Positions 13,801 to 26,900 of a stretch of DNA of 64,000 nt are shown here, piece by piece. The stretch comes from Tubiluchus corallicola (lineage: Eukaryota > Animalia > Priapulida), in NCBI GenBank assembly GCA_030141605.1, contig JAQGDQ010000045.1, forward strand, positions 310,001-374,000, written 5' to 3'. The notes beneath the pieces are model-generated. The model was not told the origin of the DNA, ran no database searches, and was given only the letters and a program-made list of their open reading frames with translations. The first letter of the stretch is position 1. The number at the start of each line of letters is the position of its first letter. Made by a program: the position numbers and the translations under genes.

Positions 13801-16207
13801 AGGTGCATCATTAGATTCCGCTTATTAGAGTTATTCATCTTTCAGATCAATGGGAATGCCAGGCTTGATAAATAGCGGTAAATTTGTCGAGCCGTTCTGT
13901 ATATGACCTATGGCATTATCACGAAGTAATTAAAACGATAAATATTTAATTCAGGCGGCCATTAATTCAGTTACTCCTATAATGTTGGCTGCTGTATTAC
14001 GTACAAGTTTCATTTAAATGCATTTATTAACTTACTTAGTAGAGTGAGTTGTGCTTTCTGGCCATCTTGCAGTTTCTTTCATTGCCCTTTCTGCAAATCT
14101 AATTATATGTTTTTATTTCTTCTTTTTGCTGTTCGTTTGTTCATTCGCGTGTTTTTCTTTCCTTTTTGTTTGTTAGTTTATTTGTTTAGTTCATCCGCCA
14201 TTGGTTTCGTATTCGTCTGTTCGTTTGTGCATCAAAAAAGTGCATTTGCTTCTTGTTCCCCCTTTTGTCTGCTTGAGTCTTTGTTTGCGTATTAGGATGC
14301 TTACTGCTTGCAATGAGAGACCCAAAATTGTGAATATGTTGCGTATCTATGTTATATGCATATTGTACTTACCCATTATCATTATTATTATTGTTATTTA
14401 TTTGTTTGTTTGTTTGTTTTGCCTGATCCATAGGTCAATTGTTTATTCATTTTTGATGTGTTATTCATAAATTTCTTTTTTTATTCGTTCCTCCTGCTCA
14501 TTTGTTCAGTCACTCAGCCAAACGATTGTTTATTTGGTGTGTTAATGTGCTTTCATCGATTCGTTCGCAAGCCGCTCAGTCAATAGCTGCTCCATTCCGT
14601 TTCTTGTTCAAAGGTAGGTGATTCCGTATCCCCAGTTGTCTGTAAGTTAATTGTAAGAGTCGACATTTCTCTTTTGACGACAGGCGAGTTTGTGAGTTAT
14701 TGCCTAAAACAGATAAATCGTTTGGCAGTTATGTTGAGATACGATGCAAAATACTGTAGCCGCTTTCCTTTGCACGATCCTAAATTACTGCAATTCTGGA
14801 TTCTTTCAGTTTTCCCAGACGCCATTGAGTTTATGTAGACATTCAATTTTCTTAGCGGATTCTGCTCAGCAACGTCTCCTTGGGGCACCTTGCACGTTCT
14901 TACTAGGTTAACTATTTTGAAAAAGAGTATCGTTTTGATGGGAGGAGGCTTTTTTTATTTTTTATTTTTTAATTGTTTTGTTTGACATAATTAAGTAAAC
15001 TATTAGTAGAACTTGATTGCTGAAGAACGACATTGGGAACCCTTGCCCTTCTTATAAACGTATTTTATAGAAAACGTTCTGAAATTTGGCTAAGCACTAT
15101 AGAAACTCGCACTGGACCAACCTGAATTCTCAGGAGTATTACATCAGAATTAACCAACTTGGGGTACAAGATTTTCAAGACTTTAATATTGCTTTGTACA
15201 TTCATATGACTGATTTTGTAGTTACGCCTTGCTACAGTGTACTGTCATTCCGCGTTGACAGGCCTCTAGTGGCCTCTAGTGTAAACTTCTCACTGAAAAG
15301 TCAAAGTACCTCGGTGATGAGAAATTCTTAGCATTACAGCCAGGAACGGCAAATCTTGGGTTCGATTCGCAGTGGAAATAAATTTTTTTCCGGCTTTCCA
15401 AATGTTTTATCCATTCATCTATTTGTCTTTGTGCCACAGATGCAAGGCTATTTATGAATTTTTTATGTATTATGTTTTGGTTAATTGCCAACAATTTTCA
15501 TTTAAAGGTTCTGTCTAGGTTCTATCTTGGCCGGGTAACAAAGCAGCTCGTGTTTGAAGCAGAATAAGTAAGTTAAACCATGATCTCGACTCCTGTCCCT
15601 TGCTGCTGCATTATAGTCTGCTACGCTGCAGTTTTATTTCTCCAGCCGTTTAATACTCACATTTATCAAAGACTTTCCTCCTGTCGACGCAGCTCATTGT
15701 GTTGTGATTGACAGGCTGACCTAAACTTTCCATTGATATTGAAAATAACAAGTGACCGGCAGAGAACCGCATTACAGCCATCTTAATTGTAAATTAGCAT
15801 CGATTTTTCTTTCTGCTTGTGGCGTAGGGGCGGTTTCACAGGCTAACACAGCCTTTCATACAGGTATAGTGGAGAAAGTAGGTCGTAAAGAAACTTTTAC
15901 TGTCTATTTTCTAGCTTCTGCTATACTAATTAAGGTATTGTTCATATGCTGCAGTAGCCAGAAAGTTCAGTAGGTACACTTATGGTTGTATAGCGTACAT
16001 GTTTATGGATCTGTAATTGTTTTGGGCGCATTGCTCATTGACAAGTTTAGTGATACTGTAGTTAAGAATCAGCACTCAGTGGCGATTTAGGTTCCTGTTT
16101 ATCAGCACTGTCATCAGTTCAAGTTCATGACTGATACATATTACGTAATAGACACCGCTACTATTAAGCGTTAGTGCATTAGTATTAAAATTTAGCTACT
16201 TTCCTTA

Positions 16208-16330
16208 ATGATGATGGTGGTGGCGGTGGTGGTGGTGGCAGTAATAATAACAGCAGCAAAAACAACAACAACAACAACAACAACAGCAACAATAACAACA
16301 ACAGCAACAACAACAAGGAGCAATAACATC
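16208..16330 (+). repeat. Compound trinucleotide microsatellite (GAT/GGT/AAT/CAA)
   Basis: Seen directly. Confidence 0.85.
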
Positions 16331-17780
16331 ATTATTTAATAGTACATCAGTGGATGAGGAAACACGCATAGCAGTAAATGATTAAATTATAAGTTATAAA
16401 TTATAAATTATATATTAAATTATTATGACATAAGAAGCATGACTGAGATTCTAATTACATGAATTACAGTGTGTAAGTTTTGTATACAAAGGCTAGTTTA
16501 TGATATTCATAATGTAAGTTCCGTGTGAACTATACAACATCTCGGAAAATAATTATACCATGCGCTTATTGGTTTTGGTGAAGTTTGTGTTGTTTGGTAC
16601 GTTATAATTTATTTGTTGTGATGAACGGTATGTTTTTTAACTTACCGCAGATGTACTGACTTCTATTTTGCGATTTCTTTAACTTTATGTAACTCGCCAT
16701 GTTCTTATTTTATGAACACGTAACGAGATGCTTGTGTGATACTTACAATACGCGATTTTGGGCATTGGATAGCACATGTACTTCCTTTGAAACTTTTTAG
16801 GCCTAGAAACCGATTCTCTATATTTTAGCTTTTCTGGTCACTGTATGCATTGAGTATTCTCGTAAACTTCAGCCTGCTTTAGAAACTTTTGCTTGAGTCT
16901 CATAGTGATATCATACGTTTCGCACAAGCTTATATCTTTTGTTGGTTGCCATTGCTGCCGGCAGATTTGTCTGCTTTTCGCCACGTCAGCCGCAAGTTTA
17001 TCCTTAGAATAAAATTAATTTCGCTATAATAGATCATTGAGTTAGGAAGCCGGCAGAACAGGTGTAGCTACATGACACAAGCAACTTGTCAAACAGCTGT
17101 TTACGCGTACATGACAAGATCTTTAGCTAATTTTGTTAATGCAGGTATTTATCCATATTGAGTTATTTCACTATGCAATGTAGTGTTTATGAATTTCTTT
17201 ATCAGGTAGCAACGCCTTACTGCCTATATCCGGTTTCTCTTATTAGGAAACACATAAGAAAATTACTGGATAAAATTTACATGGCATTCTGGACAGGGGC
17301 TAAATGGCTTTTAATACTAGGTCTGTGATAATGATACGCCTAATCCATTGCACGCATCATGCAGTATCAACTGACGAATTATTGATAGACTGGCGAGTGG
17401 TTAGCGGCAACAGTGTATATCCGAAACATGATGAGTGCTAAAACAGTAGAGGCTTAAATACAATCTACAATATGATGTGCTTTTATTAACCAAGATAACT
17501 TTTCAAGGTGTGCCGCACGTGTACAATGTATATTTAGTCATGAAGACTTCATAACCTTTGTGGACTTTATACTTTGCGCTACGTGCTCTGTGGTGTTTTA
17601 ATATATTACCGTATGAATATCATAGTGATACTGATAGTATATACTAAAAAAGCATTTGTATGTCGGATGTCGATCTAAGGAACTAAGAATTATTTGTATG
17701 GAGAAGGTTTTGGTTACGACACATTGATGGACGAACGGTAACGTTCATCTTGATGAGGGAGGGCAGGCTTATGTGCATAA

Positions 17781-17946
17781 ATGTCCTGGCCTATCAAAAA
17801 TGAAAACGTGTTGCCACCACACTCTCGTCTCAAGCACACTGCGTCAGCGTCGTCTGCGAGGTCATCGTCAAAACCCAGGCGACCACGTCGACTTACAAGA
17901 TGTTTGTCTATGCTGTGCGCTTCTAGGAAATCTCATCTACCTTTAG
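17781..17946 (+). CDS. TRIO/KALRN: Putative alternative first coding exon (MSWPIK...SHLPL, phase 1)
   Basis: ATG directly preceded by in-frame TAA; strong donor TTAG|gtaagt at 17947; phase 1 matches the acceptor at 25035. Confidence 0.65.
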
Positions 17947-20900
17947 GTAAGTGTGTTGAAGTAATACCTATAAGATTTGTAAGACAAAGATATTAAATAA
18001 CTTATCTTTTGTTGACTTTGTTAATTAAGTTATTAGCGTGAGTGACTTGAATTTCCTCATGTAATTGTGTTATACGCATGTAAGAAGTTCATAAATAAAA
18101 TGATCTGCTGTGAGTCCCGTACTTCTTACAATTGAATTATGATAAATAAAAATGTGCCACCCTTGCTTTTAATCTAGTATAGAACTAATTAAAGCATGTA
18201 CTGAATCACGAAAAACAAGCAAAATTAATATGTAAGTAGCCATCTAAAAATCTAAACATGTAATTGCTTTCTTATTTCGTAGTAACTAAATGACAGCCAC
18301 GTGTGCACATCTCGCATAGTTCGCTAGCATGTATATATTAATGAGAGAAACATTATCGACTCATAAGCCCAACGGAAAGGCTGGGGCCCCAAAATGAACT
18401 GATTCGTGTGACGTATTCTTTATGCATTTACACACTAACACCTAATAGCGGTTAAAATCATAGGCATAAACGCACATTTAATAGCACTAAGATTCATACA
18501 TATCACCTTCTGACTCTGAATGCCTTAGTGTTGTAATTTAGCCACTTTCCTTAATAATACAATATAATAATAATAATATATACTATCATTAACTACAGTA
18601 TAATACTGTTATTAATATGTATATAAAGCCTTGCAGCAATTTTACACCTCTTCCCTAGATTCAGCATGTTAGCAGTAGAAAATGATGAAAAACTTCAAAT
18701 GTAGACTAAGAAATATTCAATTTACTCCATAACCGTCGTTCGCCGATTAGCTGCAAAGAAAATTGAGAATCACGCTGTAGTTAGGGATGTCTGAAACACC
18801 CTGTATATCACTGACAGGAGCTAATGTCACTTTATCTAAAAGTTAAATTTGATATGGCAGTTTACTCTGGTAATAAGAGGATACATGCGGATTCACTTAC
18901 TAACTGTATTTCATCAGGCTGCAGTACTGATCTGTACTGGTCGTACAGATTCTGTCAAATTTGTACAGGAGATGCAGCTCGTGCCAGTAATTTTGATTAG
19001 GTAAACTAATTGGAAAGTGGAATGTATAACATTGCAATGAATGGACGCTTGTTCATTACTTTAGCTTTGCTTTTCTGTAGCGTAAGTTCTGAATTCCACG
19101 GTGAGAGTCACGAGAGTTACGAGTGGCTCATATGAATCGCAAGGGTAGATTGCGTGCAATCACGTAATCATAATTATATTATATGTATATAGTGATAAAT
19201 TTATCTTACCCTTATCCAGAACGCTGTATATCAAAATGATGAATAGCTCATTAATAGATTTTTTATTGCCTGTGTATGGGATTTATAAACAGTAAACCAG
19301 CTCTTAATTTGATAGAAAAAAGTCTTCTATGGCCTTCCATTTTTCCAACCCCGATCAGTTAACGACGTTGCACAGCGTTATGTGCTGCACAACAGACCTG
19401 TAAAAAGTAATTTTTATGTTCAGTCATACCATATATAATATTTAGCATGCAATAAGCTAATCACACACACATCTTTTATACATTTACACCGTAAGCTACA
19501 AATGTTATTGTATTACATTGAAATATTATTACATGCAGGTGTTTGCCAGTATGATAATTATGGAATTCTTAGTCGCCTTTGTGCAGGTACGGGGAGGAGC
19601 AGAGGGTGAAACTTCATTACATGTTGCATAAATAAATTATACCATTTCATATACGGGGCTGATAAATTTCAAATTCTTTATTCATCAGTCTGCGTTCTGG
19701 TATGCTGGATTCTAGTTATAAAACTTTGTCGTCTGACTTAAACATTTACTATGGAGCAGAGTATTGCTTAAATAATAAATTTTCATTGTGATTTTATTGT
19801 AGTAGGAAATTTGTGTTAAGAAAACTAGTGACGGCTCGGTTGAACCACTGACCAAATGATCCTTGATTAGTGAACGTATATGCTGTGAACTGTGTGAACT
19901 TTTTGTATATGCTGCGAACTGTGTGATCGATGTTGACTTGAACTCTCGGTCTTATCAATTTACCCCAGAAAATAACAGAGCTTTTTTCGTATCATAGAAT
20001 GAGAAAATACTGAAAGGGTCTCAGAAAAAAAAACTTAAAAATAGATTGTAATAAAAATCACGGAAAAGGAAGTTTCACAAGTGTATTATATTTCGACAAA
20101 CCGTTTTCGTCTTTTGTAGCCATAATAAAAAATAAATATTTCTGCAATGACAATACTTCTTTAATCAAATGGCATCGATTATTAACAAAAAACCCAATTG
20201 GCACCAAGGTCTCTGTCATCATTGTTTATTATAAAAGCCAAACTGTTATCATTGTTTATTATAAAGGCCAAACTAGGTGTTTGCTTTAATACTCAGTATG
20301 CGATTATAGTGATCCATTATGTTAGTTACAAAATTTGTTATTTGTAGGGATAGCTGCTGGATGCACCACTAGTACTTTCGATACCAAAATGTTTTTTATA
20401 GGGATGAGTACGTTGTTTACTCATTTTGGGTAATTCAGTTATTCGCATTGACAAAATGGTAGGTTTATATTACCCAGTTTATCTGTCATGGCCATTGGGG
20501 CAGTTTTTAACAAACAACTTTTATTTTTGAGCAAATACACGCATGGACATCAAGTTATGCAACGCAGGTATTAAGTTGCTCAAAATAAGTATTACTTTAC
20601 TCGCAGATTCGAAATTGCTCATTTCTGCTGCGAATTATGTATATTATTAGGTTATATGATGCCTTTCAGTCCTCCTTCTCGTTGAAAACTTACATTGAGC
20701 TATCGGGAATTCCACCTTTTGTCTGCTTGCCGTTTCTTTTTCATTAACTAATGTCAACTGTATACGTCGTGCATTGTTTTTGATGCACTTTTACGTGTCT
20801 CTTCATTACATTTGTCGGCTAATGTTTTGTTTTATTGTTTTGTTCTGTTGCGCTCGCATTATATCCTGCATTCATGTCACGCAATATGTGTAGTAATAAT

Positions 20901-23900
20901 TGCTAATGAACCAGAATGCGTTTTATTAGTATGTTTCTAGTGGAATTATGATAATGGCGTTTGCTGCCTGTTTTGTTCAGACTGCCGCCAAAAGGCGACA
21001 TTGAGTTTCGCTGATATTTGCCTTGGTTTCGTATTACCCCGCTTTCCTCTAATAATTGTAAAAAAGTCAGTACAACGTTTGTCCTGTTGAAGCCGTTGAT
21101 TGGCATTGTGGTAATTATGCTTGCTGTTAATTTGCTAACTTGTCATTGACGTTTTTAAGAGGAGTGCTTGGTAAATAAGTAAGTGGCTCGTTAAGCGCTG
21201 AGAATTGCTCATCGGCTGTAATAAACGTGCGATTATATTAACCTTTATTATTCCATCAATAACCATTCTGACGTTCCGCAAATTGCTCATATGTGTCACT
21301 GATCTTCAGCAAACCGCTTAACACAATAGCATAAACAATTTATTTTGTTGTTATAAGAAGATATGATCTAAGAATTTATTAATTTCAAAGATATGTATGA
21401 ATTTAGAATTATTTGGTACATTCTAACAATGTATTGCAGCACCTTAATGGCAGTGGTGTGTATGTATTGATAGAAGTTAGGCAATGCCGAACCTGTTTCA
21501 TAAATGGATAATGATTATCAAGAAAACTACTGATTTCATATGCCATAATCCCCTTGTTTACCTCATTAAGAGATATATAGTCATCTGAAATTCTGAATGT
21601 GGCCATGGCAAAGTACTTCTGTCAGTTAAATACCTCATCTCAGAGAATTCTCGACAATTTGTACAATTAATTGTAAGCACATATTGCATTCAAATAAACT
21701 TGTACATGTGCGTAAATGACTTAACGGGAAAAGTGAAAGGTGTGGCCATTTTAACAACATTTGGACTGCAAACAGAATAAAAACATAATTTTTTTTGTAA
21801 ATAATTTTGAAACTGACAGTAATTGAGGTTTTTCTTAGATTTCTAAAGTGTTTAGAGTATATTATAGGTATCGAGTTTTTTGTATGTTTAAAATATCTTG
21901 CACGAACGAATCTTTAATTTTGATATCGGAGATATCTAATTTAATGGATTACTTGGACAATCGCCTTTATATATATATCTATACATATATGTAGATATAT
22001 AGAGTAAAAACAAACAAACCTCTTACTGGTTTTACGTGAAAGATTAAAAGCTCTAGTCTCTGAAGTCTAGCCAAATGAGGCAAGCCCCATCTGAGGATAG
22101 GCAATTCTGCATTATTTTTCTTTTGTTTTTTCTTTTTGCTTTGGTTGGTCGCTTGTTCAGCGTTTTTGTTTCTTTGCTGAGATGCCACTTTGTTTGCTTG
22201 TTTGTTTGTACGTTCACTGGACTTTTTATACTTTATATGAATTCGTATTAAGGCGAAACTGAATTGTTCGCTGCGCAAAATTAATATCTAGATACTCATT
22301 GCCCACGGGGGATTAGAAAAAGCCGTGCAAATGTATTCTGATGTATGTGCAATACACATAATCTGTCCCTAGACTCGTGTACTAATGATGAAAAGCTCTT
22401 AAGTAGGAAATCTTGTTCTATTCTACCAATCAGCCTTAGTCCTGGCGTATGTGCCTTATTAGAATTTGCCAGGCAGCAGTTTGTGTGTACAGTATCAGCA
22501 ATGTGTCGATCGATCGTTCCACTTCGGTTTTAATTTACCTCAGTTCCCAAGTTAACAATTATGATAATTGGAGAATCTATCCTGCAGGCTGGCATTTGGT
22601 GATATGCCGCGAAATTCTTCCCTTGTATTTTTCGCTGATGTTAGCCCTTTTGGAGTGTTTATTTTAAAATGTTGGCAACCCCTGCTTTGGGACTTGATTT
22701 ATCGCCTAGAAAGGAAAGCTTTCGGCGATTTTTTTCTGTCATTAAGCTGCAAGCAGATTCATGTTGAAACTGTTTTGGGGAAGGTGCATTAAAGAAGCCA
22801 TAAATGCGGCATTATTTATGCGCCGTCGTTAAACTTTTGTAGTAAATGTAAGAAGATTTTAGTTAGCAGCTCTCTGCTTGTTTACATAGTAAAATGCGAC
22901 GCGAGCGGAACGTTTGAAAACGCATTAGTTAGTTAGAAACAATTCCTGTCTTCAAAATTGAGTTTAGAAGCCCGGCGCATCGTGCACACCGTAAAGCATC
23001 GGTGCGTGCTTTTAATACTTTGCCAAACGACTGTATTGTAGACTAGATAGTACCTATGTGTTATTGCGACTGCATGCGCAAGCCCAAATCATAAATAGTC
23101 ATTATTTTTTTCTACATGTGTAGGATGTACTGTACTGATTCCCATGATGGATTCGTGCGTGATGTCTACTAATGACACGTGACTAATGCACGTGAAGTAT
23201 TTTAACAAATTGCATAGTTTGTTTGAAATTGCCAACGGCATGAACAACATTTTGCACAATAGCAATAATACACATTTTCAATCACCTGCACTGTTTTCTT
23301 GAATTGCAGAAGTATAATAAGAGAGAATACTTTCACAATATGATTCCTTCGGTGTATATGTTTAACAGTCTGTTTGTATGAATGTGTGATGAACTAGATC
23401 ACCATATAGGTAGCAGATATGTTATTAAAACCCAGAAATGCAGAATCCGTTGTAATCATTAAATTTTTGCTACATGTTATGCAGCATGTTACAGTACAGC
23501 ACTGACATTCCCCGTGATTGGTCGTTGGGTGAATTTTCCCCACTGAGGATTCAGGCTGCCAGCACTCAAAGCCAGCGGCAGTTGATTATTTGGGCAGTAA
23601 TTTCTTGATAGAGCGCGCTTGAATGAAATCAATCAGTTTCATAATCCGCCAATATGATGAGCTAGGGAGTAGCACTGCTCATTTATTCTACTGTCAGATT
23701 CAAGAACTGATAATTTGTGTACACTGTGGAGCGAAGTATCTAACTGTGCAGCTGGAAAGTTGGGTATATAGCGACTTTCGGAGGAAAATTATAAGAAATC
23801 ATTGGTATACAACGGATCATACTTTTGTGGCATTATGATTAAGAATGCGTTGATATTCGACAATTATTGCTAACTAAGATTCTGCATCTAGCAGTGGTAT

Positions 23901-26900
23901 GATGACCGGCGACCTCTGGTCAAAGGGCCAAGGACACTGGACATTGGTCATTTTTTCATTTGTCGCTCAACTCCTCCTAGGTTTTGATGTGCATTAAGTA
24001 TTTTTTGGGAATTGGGGTCTAATTGGAGTTAGGAGTCAGAATGTGAAAATTAGAGCAAACGGCTTTGCCATTCAGCTTCTCTTATAGTATTATACTAAGA
24101 GTCAATGTTCATGCATGTGTGGTTTGGAAAAGTAGGCTTGGCCAGGTCACGTGACATAGGTAAAAGTGTTAAAATGGCGTCTGGTTAATAACTTTATTAA
24201 GTATAAGAGCTAGAATCACGAAACGAAACCTGCAGGGTAGGCACCTAATATAGGTGATTACATAGTGGTATAGGAATGGTGACCTCTAGGTCACAGATCA
24301 TAGTAGCAATACCCTAAATGTGAAAATTAGGGCGAATGACTTTGTCACACAAGTCCACTTTCAGTATTGGACTAGAAACTTATGTTATTGCACTCATGGG
24401 TAGGCATTTGAGCGTAGCTGTGTACTAAGCATTTTTGAAAAAAGGGGGCGTGGTTAGGTCAGATGACATAGGCAAAAATGTTAAAATGGGGATACAGTAA
24501 AATGCATTCCTAGGTAATCAACTGTGGAGAATTCGGCAATAGCAAGATTATGATCTTGAGACAAAGATCAGGTCAGCAAAGATTTTTCACGGTCATCACT
24601 TGCAATTTTGATCATAGTGCAGAATCTTAAGTTTATGACTTTGTTGTAAATATGGTCTAGTAGTGTATTTACTGTCATTATATTAACAATCAGTAATATG
24701 AATGTTAAATTGAAATAGTGATATTGTTAACAGCCTCTAAACACAACTTTTGTACATTTGGGCTTTTATTACGTTGTTAACATTACCAACCCAGAAACTT
24801 TCAACAATTTGCCAAACTCACAATACTTTGAGATCCAAGCACCATCTGTTCAATGCTCTTATTAGAATTTTTGTATGAGAAGTACACAAATTTTTAAGAT
24901 TCAAGAGTTGTAAAAGTGTTTAGGTCTGTGTAGAGGTCTCTGAGCAGTTGACTTGCATAATGGCACCACGAGTATCGTGTAAATTTAAACTGATAATCAG
25001 TAATCATCAAGTGGTACTTTTGTTTTGCTTGCAGAGTCATCAGGGAATTCCAATGACCCTAGTCCCAGTACATCTACATACTCACTTGCAAACAATGTAT
25101 CACCAGCCAACAAGAGGAGGAGCACATTTAGGTAAAGCTTTTTTTAGTTTTGTTGTATCATTATAATGCAAATTTAATTCTTAATTACAAGAATACATAC
25201 AATTAATTATGGGATTTTTTAATTAATTATCTGTTATTAGTATCATTACTGGTGTTTCAGTGATACCACACACTGCAAAATGTGTAAAAGACGTTACTGT
25301 ATAACATTGATTGTTTGACAAAAGCGGAAAAGAAAAAGGGTACTTCTCTTATACCTAAGCTGGATCCTAAACTGATACATTTCTGGAAGTATTATTAATA
25401 CTGTGATTAACACTTGTGTACCTGCTCATTTTAAGAAATAAATTAAAGATCAGGCACATGGTATTGACACCAACGAAAAGGTCAGGATAATTACTTCATA
25501 TTGACTAATCCATTAATAAAGTGTATTTATAGGCTATTTATAGCCATATGCAGCTATTATGAATGTTTAATGAGTCCTGGTATAGAATTGTTGGACAGAA
25601 TAGCTAAAGAAATTTTATTTAATATACTAAGTTTCATCCACCTTCTAAAATAAGGGTGTGTATGGAGATGTACCAAAATATTTACATTTTCTATGTATTA
25701 CTTTTAATTTAATCATTTGCATAGTATGATTTTACTTTGCCACAAAGTGAACACAGTTAGTAGAATCATTACTTTATTGTTAAAATGGCAAAATGTTGGG
25801 CTAGGCTGTTTACTGTAATTCATTAATTTTAGTATTAGTTTTTTATGTGTAGTGTTAAAAATATTTTTATGACTTTTACTTGACTTTTAATATAGATTTT
25901 AAGTCTGAAATGATTGTGAATTAAATTGAATTTACTTAATACATTGCTCCAAGCATTTTTTCAATGTTCAGTAAGAATGATTGTTAATTGTGTTAATTAA
26001 TAGAGTTTTTATTATTAGCCAATGGTTTTGCATCATCGGTACTTTTATATGTGTGATAAAAATATAGTAGGGGCAAGAACACTTACAATAAACAGTTAAA
26101 AGTATTGTATTGTCATTTTTGTCCTCTCGAATGTTATTATATCACTCTTGTTATAACTGAGGCACTTAGGATGGTTGCTTTAAGAACTTTTCTTGTTTAA
26201 TCAGTTCTTAGGTTGTTGGTAAGTGAGCAGAAGTCAACTTTCTAAACCTATTTTTTCATTGTTATCCGTTCTACTGTATAATTCAATCAGTGTAATGAAA
26301 CTAGTCCAGAATGTGAAGCATTGGGTTTTTGCTTACTGAGTTTTATCTGCCTAGCTGCTTTTTGTCATTTATTGTGAGATTTGTTGTCATTGCATCTGTT
26401 TCTGTTTTTATCATTTAGAACACTGTTTATATGAAATCCATTTTATTGTAAAAATTAAGCTTTATGTGAACAAAGAGACTAATAGCCATTTTGTTAGTGA
26501 ATAGCAGCCATAAGCAATTTTTGTCTGGACTATACTTTATATTAACTTTTCCATGGCTTATTGTAAGAAAGTTGATAGGTAGTATTTAGGTAATAACACA
26601 GCATATCGTAGGTAGGCTAAGCTAGTATTAAGCTATTTTTGGTAAAAGTATAGTACTATGTAGTATATTTATTATACTACACGTAACCAGCAATATATAA
26701 CTAATATCTATTATCGTGTAATCATTAACTGTTTCAGGAAACTGTTCACAAATCCAGTGCGAAAACTGAGTCAGGGAAAAATCGACAAGTCCACTTTACC
26801 GGATTTGTCGACTAAAACACCACCTTCATCTCAGAGCAAGAAAACTGCCTTCCATCAAAAGTTTAAAGTAAGTAAGCCATCTGCAATGCATTACTGCAGA

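Noticed and set aside
14044-14560. Hydrophobic Phe/Cys/Val-rich ORFs
   Set aside because: Low-complexity TTTG/TTC intronic sequence.
26205-26218. Possible microexon before tg|gtaagt
   Set aside because: Lengths of 14 or 7 nt break the frame and there is no upstream ATG in the required phase.
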